Below are positions 39,101-50,755 of a DNA stretch of 64,000 nucleotides, one piece after another. Location of the stretch: positions 2,208,001 through 2,272,000 of the forward strand of contig CM000150.2 of the NCBI GenBank assembly GCA_000004695.1, given 5' to 3'. Positions within the stretch are counted from its first letter, which is position 1, and every line of letters begins with the position of its first letter. The notes beneath the pieces are model-generated. The model searched no databases. It saw only the letters and a list, made by a program, of their open reading frames with translations, and had not been told where the DNA came from. Source of the stretch: Dictyostelium discoideum (taxonomy: Eukaryota). Position numbers and translations under genes: made by a program.

Positions 39101-42100
39101 GGTAATCATTATATCAATGATGGTGCATTAAGAAAATTTAAATTTATTCCATCTGAAAATGATGTTTATTCAACTCCTGATTCATTTTATGTTTTAAGTC
39201 AACTCGAAAGGGATTTAATAAGAAATTTCGAACCATCTAAAATTTTAAATCAATCTTTGGATGGTTTAACTGGTTATTTATCTAAATTTGGCTTAAAATT
39301 TAAACCATCAGATAAACATATATGTTCAAAGGTTATTGATTTTCTTTCAAATCAAGATTCAATAGAAACCTATCAAACTTTTATGGATTATTTAAATCAA
39401 AGAGGTGAGAATATTGGTGATTCATTAATTGATTCTTTCAAAGATATCCCATTTATTCCATCCAGTGAATTCGATACCTATGATGGATTTGGCTCAAATG
39501 AATCTAAAATTTCTTTATCAGAGTGTGCATTATCAAGTTATAAAGATTGTTTATTCACTGTAAAAACTCCAATTAAAGTAATCAAAAATTACAAAAACCC
39601 CATTAACAAATACCTATCATCAAATTTAAATGATAACATTATTCAGCATTTGATTAATTTAAATTCTATGGAATTCAATGATGAAACATCATTCGATCCA
39701 AATATAATTTTCAACAATACCTATAAAAGAATTGATGATTTAATTAAAACTTCCAAACTAAATGATGAACAAAAAAAGAAAATCTCTCAAATTCAATTAA
39801 TTTGGTTAGATGGCCAATTAGTACCAAAAGAAAAAATATTTTATAATAGTCCAAACCCAAATTTAGATTTTAAACCTTACTTTTTTATCACCAAACCTAC
39901 ACAAGAACATCTCTTTAAATTTTTAAAATTAAAAGAAATACCAGATTTAAATGATTTCATTAGATTAATCAAATCTATTCAAGATACATATGATAAAGAG
40001 AGCTCAAATTCAATAGATTTATTTGAATTGGTTATTTATTCTCTCCAAAACCCTGCATTCAATAAAGAATTACTTATTGATTCAAAAATAAAATTACCAA
40101 CCACTGATAATCAATTTGTTGAATTTGAAAAAGTAATTTACATTGATCATTCATGTTTACCTCAAGAATTCATTGATTTAGGACACAGTGCATTACATAA
40201 TAAAATTTCTGAAAACACTGCATCAAAACTCAGTATTACAAAACTTTCTCAATTGATTCAAAGTCAAGTAGCATTTGAGAATTCATTTGGACAAAAAGAA
40301 GAATTAGTCGATCGTTTGAAACAAATTTTACGTGATTATAAAGTAGAAGTATTTTTAAACGAAATGGTTCAAGTATGTATTATCTTTCAAATTATTGATT
40401 TAATCATTACTCTTTTTTTTTTGAAATTGTACTAATTTTTTTTATTTTTTTTTAGAATGCTCATGATGCTGGATCAACAGAAGTAAAATTAATTTTAGAT
40501 TGTAATTCTTTAAAACAACAATTTTTAAAAGAAAATCCAGAGATAAGTACACTATGTAAAGATCTTCCATCATACTTTGAAAGTTCTTTACTTTTTTATA
40601 ATAATTCAGTTTTTACAGAAAAAGATATTAAAAATGTTCAAGTAATGTCAGCATCAATTAAAAAACAAGATGAAAATTCTATTGGTCAACATGGTTTAGG
40701 TATTAATTCTATGTATTCATTCAGTGATTGTCCATGTATATTAAGTGGTGAATATTTGATGATTTTCGATCCATTCGTAACACATATCGGTCAATCAATA
40801 AACTATTCACATGGTGCTAAATATAAAATTTCAGAATACAAAACATTTTTAAAATACTTTAAACCATTTCAACATTTACAATCAATTTTAGGTTTTGATT
40901 TAGATGATGGTAAATTTAATGGAACAATCATTCGTTTACCACTTCGTAAAACATTAAATGATGATCGTTTTATTAGTCCACAGAAATGGAACGAAGTAAA
41001 TGTTTTAGATTATTTAAAAAGAGTAAAAGCAAGTAATTTAGAAAATTTAATGTTTTTCACCAACATAGATTCTTTAGAGGTTTCAATATTACCAGTGGGA
41101 AGTAAAAAATTAGAACAACAAATTTCAATTCATAAAGAATCAAGTTTATCATTAATTACAAACCAATATAATAATTTAATGAATATTCCAACACAAGCAT
41201 CAGAATATACATTCACTATTATTCCATCAGAGAAATCAAAGATAACTGAAAAATATATTATAGGTCAAGTAATTGAAGAAGATTTCAAAGATCTATCAGA
41301 ATATCCAGATAATAAAGCATTGAAATTTTTATCAATCTATAATAATGAAAAAAGAAAACCAGTTGGAGGTGTCGCATTTAAATTAATAGATTTCTCACTT
41401 CCTGAATACAATTTCACACCAAAATCATTTTGTTTCTTGCCATATAAAGATTTAATTTCAAATATTCCAGTTCACATTCATGCAAACTTTTCAACAACAA
41501 GTTCACGTGATATTTTAGAAAATGTCAAATCTTCAAATTTATATAATATTGAAGAGATACTCTCTAAAAAGGATAATCAAGTAATACAAACAGATAGTTT
41601 ACAACTTTGTTGGAATCAATTAATTGTAACTGAAATTATAGCACCACTCTACATTAATACATTAACTCTTTTCAAAAACAAATATATTAAAGGTAATGAT
41701 ATAGATATAATTTCAAAATATCATGATTTCTATTACTCTCGTTTCCCAGTATTAAGTGATTCGTTGTCAAATCATTCAATTCTCGAAATGTTAGCAAATA
41801 AGTTTTACTCATTATTAGATTCAGATGTATTCATCCATTACCCTGGGGTTGAAATTAAAAAGAATCATAAAGATACATTTTATGCAGAGTTGAGTTTTTT
41901 ATCAAATTCTTGTTCAGTTTCAATACTAAAGTGTATTAGTCACATTGGTTTCAATGTTAAGGTTATTCCGTTTAAAATTTTTTTTAGTTTTAAGTCACTA
42001 CCAAACTGGTTAACAGAATATACAATATCAATGGCCTTGAAAGGAGAGGATTTAAATCCTCAAGTAATAAATACTCAAGATATTGCAAATTTAATATTAT

Positions 42101-44535
42101 ATCTCTCAAAAATGCCAGAATATCTAGATAACTGCCAAGTATTGATTTTCAATGATAAAACAAGGGATTTTCTAAATATTGAAAACAAAATAATAAACCA
42201 ACTATATAACCAAACTCATTATGAAATGACTCAAGATGTTTTAGATTTAAAATTCATTGATAGAGAACTTACCGATATTATCAAAATGCTTTTAGATCCT
42301 CTCATTTTGGATTCACTTAAAACGATTAACATCTTTGATTTCAACTATGTATGTATTCATATATCATATTAATATTTTTTTAATTATACATTAACATTTT
42401 TTTTACAAAACTAGGTTGATTTTTATTTCCACTATCTCTTACCAAATTTCAATATATTATCAGCTGAAAAAAATATTTCATTTTTAAACAAATTATTGGA
42501 ATGCTTTACATTTGAAAAGAACTCTGATTTTAAATCAATCAACCATCCTCTAATATCTAAAGAAAGAATTAAAATACTAAAAGGTTCAAAAGTTTTTCCT
42601 TTTGTTAAAAACGGTATTCGAGAGTTTACTTTAATTTCAAAATTATTCAATCCAACATTTAAACAACATGATTTCATATTAGATTATCCAGATTTATATC
42701 ATTCAAAAGAAAATATTGAAATATTTAGATATTTAGGTATCAGAGATAAATTAAAGAAAAACGATATTGTAAATCAATTCAAAAAGATCTCATCAGAAGT
42801 TTATAGTGAAAATACACCTTTGAGCATTTTAATTGAAAGAGCACGTCTATTATGGAAATCAGAAAAATGTGTCAAAGTATTTAATGAATTGTTAGAATTA
42901 AATATTGTACCAGTCAAAGAAAGTAATATCATTGGCAGTAGAAAAATATCATTAGGATTGATGCCAACTACCGAAGTATGCCAACATCGCTATGAAGATC
43001 TTTATTTTTCAGTAAAACTACTTCAAGATGTAGATATTAAATACCCACCAGGATATAATCAAATTGATTGTGAAAAAATATTTGAAAATTTCGTTAATCT
43101 TCTTACAAACATCAGAGATTGGAAATTGATTCAAGTAAATGGTAATTTAGTTACAGACCCCAAAATCATACAAATGTTAATATCGATGTGTAGTCATTTG
43201 GAAAACTATACAGGAAATTTCTCATCAGAACTTGTAGAAAGAATTCAACGTATCCCAGTATTAAACTCTACAATATCTATTGAATTTACAAATATAGTCA
43301 TGGGAACTGATGCAAATAATTTGAAACCATTTTTCAATATTTTACCTCCAAATTTTTCAACTTTTAGACATTTTTTCAGTAAAATTGGTGTAATAGAATT
43401 AAATCTAAACACAATTGTAATGGGATTAAATAGATTTTTACATGATGAGATTAATACTACCGAAGGAATTAGATCGTTAAACTATCTTTATGAATTATTA
43501 TTTAGTTTTGGTAGAGAATTGGAAACATTTAAAAATGAACACTCACCATTACCAGTTTTCACTAAAAAAGGATTTATAAAACCATCGAATCAAGTTTATT
43601 TATTCGATGGTGTACCCATTAAAAGAATTAATACTACATCGTTTTATGAAATCCATGATTCAATTAGAGATAATTATGAACAATTGGGTGTTTTACAATT
43701 ATCTTCAGTTTTAAGAGAAGAATTAGACAATGAACTCACCAACCTTGAAAATGAAGATTTGGAGAATTCAATTGGAAAGTTTTTAAATACCCTTATCAAA
43801 GAAAATCAAGAATTTATTTCAAGAGTAAATCATCTTCAGTTAAGCGGAATCTTGAATATTACAGTTAAAACAGGATATATTAGAACTAAATTCATTTTTA
43901 ATCGAAAAGATATCACTAAAACCTCAAAAACCAAATGCTTTTATGATCATTTAAATTCAACTCTTTATATAGGCATAGAAAAAGGTATTACCATAAGTAA
44001 AGCATTCAAATACCTATTTAACTCCACTGGTTTGAATGTAAACCCCTCAATGGTATCAAATCTAAAAAGAGAGTTTGTTAATGATGAACCAACTGATGAT
44101 AATTTATTCTTGACTCTAAACGTTGTTAATTTTGTTGATGTTAACCAAACAAAAATCCAAAAAAATCAATGTAGACACTACAACACCATTGCATTAAGAA
44201 ATTTTCAACTTGCTGATACTTTACTCAACAATCAATCATTTATAAGAGAAGCCTCATACCATTACTATGTTTCAACAGAAATGTCAATGAGAAGTCTTTT
44301 GGTTTTTAATTATAATGATATCCCCTATGCTTTTTCAATTACTCGTTTAAGAGGTTTATTATCTAGAATAAGTATTACAACTGAAACCATACCACAGATT
44401 CCAGATCTTTACAATAATTACAGACACACTCATTTAAAAAATGAAGAAATCAATCGTAGGGAACTATTAAGATTTCGTTCAATTTCAAATCAATTATTAA
44501 ACATCTCTAATCAAAAACTAAATGAAAATATATAA
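36141..44535 (+). CDS. Sacsin-like giant protein, copy 3 (~2673 aa, 5 exons), the most divergent copy
   Basis: Exons: 36141..36209, 36362..36632, 36705..40372, 40456..42348, 42415..44535. Intron 2 (36633..36704) is 72 nt and stop-free, which is why the track ORF 36383..40435 reads through it. Exon 1 is diverged (MPKTKDQRLKVSHSLRNNLLNYP), there is a 54-bp insertion with an inverted repeat in exon 3, and the C-terminal ~150 aa differ. Confidence 0.78.
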
Positions 44536-44671
44536 ATAATAATAAAAATAATAATTTAATTTTTAAATTTAATAAATGTGTATTTATTTATTTTTTTTTT
44601 TTTATTATTATTTTTTTTTTTTTTTTTGAAAAAATAATAGGAATAAAATATAAACTACCTATATAAATTTT

Positions 44672-44710
44672 TATTATATTTTATTATATTTTATTATATT
44701 TTATTTTATT

Positions 44711-44753
<43 letters not shown>

Positions 44754-44814
44754 TTGTATTTATTGTATTTATTGTATTTATTGTATTTATTGTATTTATT
44801 GTATTTATTGTATT

Positions 44815-44848
<34 letters not shown>
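44672..44848. repeat. Compound micro/minisatellite: (TTATTATATTT)3, (TTTA)n, (GTATTTATT)7, then a T30 run
   Basis: Read directly from the sequence. It lies between the end of the sacsin array and the 3' end of the convergent glycosyltransferase gene. It generates the artefactual track ORF 44754..44957. Confidence 0.85.
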
Positions 44849-44851
<3 letters not shown>

Positions 44852-44862
44852 CCAAAGTTTTA

Positions 44863-46746
44863 TTAAAATGATTTATCTTTACAAATACAAATTCTTGAAG
44901 CTTCGGATTTCTTTGGAGGTTTTGAAGTACAACTTAATTTACTATATTGATTTGTAGTCCAACAAATGCCATCTTTATCTTTGATTGGATAAAATGTATC
45001 GGTATTATTACTTGGTATATAGTTTACTTGACTACAATGTTGTTCCAATTGTAGTAAAACTATAGTACTATCAGTTAATAACATCATATCAGATTCTAAA
45101 CATGATACTTTATGTTTTTCACAAAAGTCTTTACAAGAGAAAACTTTTTCAGCCAAAGTAATATCCAATGAGAGATCTTTATCAGTTCTAAATAGCATAG
45201 TACTTGTTAAAGGATTTGTGATGGTTGGATCAAATTCTTCCTTTGGAAAATCATTGAAAAGTATACGTTGACTTTTATTTCTTTGTTGTTGACTATAGAA
45301 TGGTGAATAGGTACCAACCAAATAAACTCTTTTGCCAAAGAAAGTGGTCTCAATAACACCTTTATAGATACCTCTAACAGCGCCACCATTGCCTCTACCA
45401 ACCATTTGAAGTTTATCGATAACTGCATCCCATCTTGGATCGTCATTTGATTTTGCTGGTACATAATAAACGAATCTATTTGAAGTTGAGAACATCATTG
45501 GTATTGAATTTAAAGTATCAACTTCGGTGGCTCTCATAATACGTTTCTTTACTTGAAGATCGTATTCGGGTGAGAGATATTTTGAAAGATTCATATGATA
45601 GGTATGAATGGTGGTAATCTTTGGAAGATAGAAATTATAATTACCCCAACCATCTTTCTCTGGTTGATCTTTGAAGATTGAATCATAGTTTCGTTCTAAT
45701 AATGGAGCATGTTGCGAACGTGGAATCTCTGGAAAAATACAAGAATCACCAGAACGCATTGATTGTTGAACTATAACATCCCATGGTGTAGTTGATTCGA
45801 TTTGCCAATTTGGTTCAATACGTTTTTTATAGATTTCTCTTGAGATTAGGAAACCAAGTCCACCGAAATGATCTTGACGAAGGAATGAGAACTTATTCTC
45901 AAAGTTTGATCTTGATTGCTCAACATTCCATTTGAAACCATTATCATTCCATGCAGAAATACCAAATATGCTTGGATCATAATTCATCAACTTTGAAAGA
46001 TGATTAAAATACTCCAATGAATCTGGTGACATAATTAAATCCTCTTCTAAAAAGATAACTTTATCACTGGTTTCATTATTAAACATAAATGAAAAGATTT
46101 CTTTATAATGTGAATTCATATAGTATTGTTTCTCTTCATTTGATAACACTTGATTGGAATTTGAACCCTCTTGAGATTTCTTTGAAATACGATACTCTTT
46201 GGTTACATTATACTTTGATAATATATTTTGAACTGATTTACCATCATTGAAAACTTTAATTCTATCAATGTTTGCATTACAATTATTGATTAGATTTGCA
46301 AGTAAACGATCTAAATGTTTTGGTTTATTTGATGTCACAATTGCAATGGGTGGATGATCATATAACCTATCAAGATTAGCTGTGATATCAGAGTTCTTTT
46401 TAATTCTAAATTTTCTAACTCTTTCATTGTCTGGTCTAATTTCATCTAACCATTTAACTTTATATAAATCTGATTCAATGGTTGCGTTATTTAATTTCAT
46501 ATTCTCTTTAATTGTTTTAGTTAATTGACTATCACTCCATTCTGCTCTCTGTTGTTGTTGTTGTTGTTGTGGTTGTTGACCTTTATTATTATTATTACCT
46601 CCAACTACACCACCAACACCTCTTTGAGATCTCTCTCTAAAATTCTCTTCATCACTTGAAAAAATGAAATAAAATATGAGTAAAATAAAAACAGCTCCAA
46701 ATATTAACCTCTTTTTATTCGTAATTAAATTTTTACTATCAATTAT

Positions 46747-46749
<3 letters not shown>
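44863..46749 (-). CDS. GT13-family glycosyltransferase (GlcNAc-transferase I / MGAT1-like), type II membrane protein, ~628 aa
   Basis: Single exon. The real ATG is at 46749 (MIIDSKNLITNKKRLIFGAVFILLIFYFIFSS is a signal anchor). The track ORF start at 46881 merely runs through the upstream poly-T. GnT-I catalytic motifs: DHPPIAIVTSNKPKHLDRLL, VIFLEEDLIMSPDSLEYF, FGISAWNDNGF, DHFGGLGFLISREIY..IEPNW, SCIFPEIPRSQH. A C-terminal Cys-containing extension is present. Confidence 0.8.
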
Positions 46750-46816
<67 letters not shown>

Positions 46817-47546
46817 GGTTTTTTTTTTTTTTTTATATATGTATATTTATTTGTGAATGTGTAAAAAAATATGATTACCAAATTAAAATAAAAAAAAAAA
46901 ATTAAAACATTTTGTGTGTGTGTTTTTTTTTTTTTTCTTTTTTATGACAAAAAAAAAAAAAAAAAAATAAATTAAATAAAATTAAAACATTTTTTGTAAA
47001 CAAAGAAAAAAATAAAAAAATACAAAATCAAAATAAAGTCAATGGTGTGTGTGTGTTAAATGAATAAAATTTTTTTTTTTTTTTCACTTTTTTCAGTTAT
47101 GTGTGTTATAATTAATTATAAATCCAAATTCAAATAATGACTAATTATTTATATTGAGCTTTCATTATTACCTATTTTTTTCTTTTTAAAAATTATTTGT
47201 ATTTTTTTTTTTTCAAATAATGTTCTTTTGGAAAAAAAAAAAAATCCAAAAAAAAAAAATAAAATTTTGATTTGTTGAAAACCAATTTCTGATTTTTTTT
47301 TTTTTTTTTTCAGCCGAAATCAACAAACTGTTTTAAAATAAAAAAAAAATTTAAAAAATAATAAAAATAATAAATAATAATAAACAAAAGACCATTAAAT
47401 AATAATTACCATTTTAGATTTTTAATAAAAAATGATGATTTTGTTTTGGATTTTTAATCTAAATCAATCGCTATTATGTATTTATTAATTTGGCATATAA
47501 TACAATTTTCCAAAGTGTACATCGTTTGGCTTATTCTTTGTTGTTG

Positions 47547-47586
<40 letters not shown>

Positions 47587-48022
47587 CTTGAATTCGTAGG
47601 TGGAAATAATTAGTCTGTTTTCTAACCATTGGTAATCAATACAAGAATTTGGATGGAATTTCTGGTCATATAGAACTGTCGCTCTTAAAAAAAAAAAAAA
47701 AAAAAAAAATTTAAATAAAATAAAATAAAATAAAATAAAATTAAAATTTTGATCATATCAAGCTTTTTTTTTTATTTTATTTTATTTTTTTTTTATTTAT
47801 TTTTTTTATTTTTTTTTTTTTTTTCGAATTTTGTTTTTTTTTTAATTTTTTTTTTTTTTTTTTTCTTGTGATCAAATTCATTGTTTTTGAATAATAAATA
47901 ATAATAATAATAATAATAATAAATAATAAATAAATAAATAGAATTTTCATAATTTTCAAATAATTAGAAATTCTTTTTTTTTTTTTTAAAAATTATTATA
48001 TATATATATTAAAAAAAAAAAA

Positions 48023-49759
48023 ATGAAAACTCCAACTAAATATTTCATTATATTTATTTTATTAGCTGCTTTAGCAGTTTTTGTATCTGAAGCCACTTCA
48101 AAAGTTGGACAACAAACAACCACAACTACTCAACAAGTTAAATGTTCAGGTTTACAATGTACTCTCAATAAACTTATTGTTGCTGGTATGTAAATTGATA
48201 AAAAAAAAAAAAAAAAATAAAAATAAAAATAAAAAAAAAGAATTTTTAAAAATCCAAATTAATTAATATTTTTACAAATATATTAATATTAAATTTATTT
48301 TATTTTATTTTTATTTTTTATAGTTGGTAAATTTACAATTAAACAAATTTTAGTTGGAATTGTTATTGTATTAGCAACAATTGCATTACATCAACAATAT
48401 GTTATTACACAAAAGAAAGGATCATTACCAGGACCATCATTCGTTCCACCATTCTTTGGTATGCTTTTCCAATTGATCTTCACTCCATTCTCATTCTATG
48501 AAAAACAAGAAAAGTATGGACCAATCTCATGGACATCAATTATGAATAAATTTGTACTTTTTGTCACTGATGCCGAGATCAATCGTCAAGTTTTCAAGGA
48601 AGAGAATGCCAAATTGTACCTTTCATTGGGTGCAAAGAAGATTCTCACTGAAAAGGCCATTCCATTCATTGAAGGTGCTCCACACAGACAATTACGTAAA
48701 CAATTGTTACCATTATTCACCATTCGTGCTCTTTCATCCTATCTTCCAATTCAAGAATCCATCGTCGATGAACATATTGCCATGTGGATTAAAAACGGTA
48801 AAGCCGATATCAACGCTCGTAACAATTGTCGTGATCTCAATATGGCCATTTCAACCGGTGTTTTCGTAGGTAACAATACACCAGAATCTGTTCGTGATGA
48901 TATTGCCAAGAATTTCTTTGTCATGAATGAAGGTTTCCTTTGTCTCCCAATCGATTTACCAGGTACCACTCTCCGTAAGGCAATCAATGCTCGTGTTCGT
49001 TTAGTTGAGATCTTCACTGATATCATCGCCAAAAGTCGTAAGAGAATGGGTGATGGTGAAAAACCACAATCTCTCATTGATCTCTGGGTTGAACATTTCC
49101 TCAATTGTCCAGAAGAAGAAAGAGATGAACTCAGCAATGACACTATTATCTTTACTCTCTTAAGTTTCATGTTTGCCTCTCAAGATGCTCTCACCTCTTC
49201 ATTGGTTTGGACCGTTCAATTAATGGCTGAACATCCAGATATTCTCGCTAAAGTTAGAGCCGAACAAGCTAGCCTCCGTCCAAATAATGAAAAATTAGAC
49301 CTTGATACCATGAGACAAGCCACCTACACTCGTATGGTAGTTTCTGAAATCCTTCGTTTCCGTCCACCAGCTGTTATGGTTCCACATGAAAACATTGAAG
49401 ATATCGTCATTGGTGATAATGTTCACGTTCCAAAGGGTACTATGATTCTTCCATCCATTTGGTCTGCTCACTTCCAAGAAGGTGGTTACTCTGATCCATA
49501 CAAATTCGATCCACAACGTTTCGATTCTGTCCGTAAGGAAGATGTCACTTGTGCTAAAAACTCACTCGTCTTTGGTGCTGGTCCACACTTTTGTATTGGT
49601 AAAGAACTCGCTAAAAATCAAATCGAAGTTTTCTTAACTAAATTAGCAATGTCAACTGAATGGACTCACAACAAAACTCCAGGTGGTGATGAAATTATCT
49701 TTGGTCCAACTATTTTCCCAAAGGATGGTTGTAACATTACTATTAAAGCTCGTAATTAA
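48023..49759 (+). CDS. Cytochrome P450, sterol C22-desaturase-like (ERG5/CYP61-CYP710 clade), 532 aa, probably 2 exons
   Basis: Exon 2 48324..49759 contains QKKGSLPGPSFVPPFFG...KYGPISWTSIMNKFVLFVTDAE (yeast Erg5: IKKGSIAGPKFKFWPIIGPF...[20 protein letters not shown]), FTLLSFMFASQDALTSS, EILRFRPPAVMVPH, and the heme loop FGAGPHFCIGKELA. Putative exon 1 48023..48185 (ATG at 48023; donor GTATGT at 48186; acceptor tatag at 48323; phase 1 to phase 1) adds a hydrophobic N-terminus with a Thr-rich linker. Exon 1 is the less certain part. Confidence 0.8.
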
Positions 49760-50508
49760 ATTTAAATATTTAATTTCAATTTAAAATTTAAAAAATAAAA
49801 ATAAAAATAAAATAAAAAAATAAACAACAATACATATAATTTTGTTATTATTTAAATAAAAACTTTATTTATTTTTTTTTATTTAAATAATAACAAAATT
49901 ATTTATTAACTTATTTTTTTAAATCTATTATTATTATTATTATTTTCTCATTTTAAAAAGATTAATTTTTGTCAATATTTTTTTTTTTTTTTTTTTTTTT
50001 TTGAATTATAAAAATTGTAATCAAAATATTTTTTAATTTTTTTTTATTTTAATAATTCCAAAAATAGATCAAAAAAAAAAAAAAATATCCTTTTTTTTTT
50101 TAATTTCATTAAATAATTAATTCACCATTGTTCAATACTTTTATTTATATTGAAAAAAAAAATGAAAGCTTCTTATTGATTTTACCACTCACACACATTT
50201 TCACACCAAATTCAAAAAATTACTTAATATTAATTCCAACAGTTAACACAGTATGTGTGTTTGTGTGTGAGTGAGTAGTGGATATCATTGTGTTATATTA
50301 AATAATTAATGAAAAAAAAAAAAAAAAAAAAAAAAAAAATAATAATAATAATAATAATAATATATGGAATAAAATAAAATAATAATTTTAAAAATATAAA
50401 TAATTAAAATAAAATAAAAAAAAAAAAAAATCACTATACAAACAGATTGGCATTATTAATAACAATACAAATTTATCTGTACAAAATTATAATTAAAAAT
50501 AAATAATT

Positions 50509-50554
<46 letters not shown>

Positions 50555-50755
50555 AAATCAAATATAAATAATATATAATATAATATATATATATTTATAT
50601 TTATATTTTTTTTTTTTTTTTTTATTTTTTTATTTTTTAAAAAAAAGGAATAGGAAAAAAAAAAAAAGTGGTTTTGTTGTTTTGTACATCACCACAATAA
50701 AAAATTTAAAATTAAACTCAAAATCGAAATAATTTAATCATTATTTAAATCACAA

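Larger units (their letters stand above)
17160..44560 (+). repeat. Head-to-tail tandem array of three ~9.0-9.7 kb units, each carrying one sacsin-like giant gene
   Basis: ATG-to-ATG periods are 9655 bp and 9002 bp (starts at 17484, 27139, 36141). The exon/intron structure is collinear in all three. Exons are ~85-90% identical at the amino-acid level. Every unit has shared upstream and downstream non-coding blocks. Confidence 0.9.

Noticed and set aside
36383-40435. Single 1350-aa ORF in copy 3 spanning exons 2 and 3
   Set aside because: It reads through a 72-nt intron that has clear GTTTGT…ATAG boundaries, the same ones used in copies 1 and 2. It is treated as two exons.
44754-44957. ORF 'MYLLYLLYLL…'
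   Set aside because: It is produced by the (GTATTTATT)n minisatellite and poly-T run.
48552-49516. ORFs 48552..48869 (+), 48751..49170 (-), 49295..49516 (-) inside the P450 gene
   Set aside because: They are alternative-frame or antisense ORFs within a confidently identified P450 exon.
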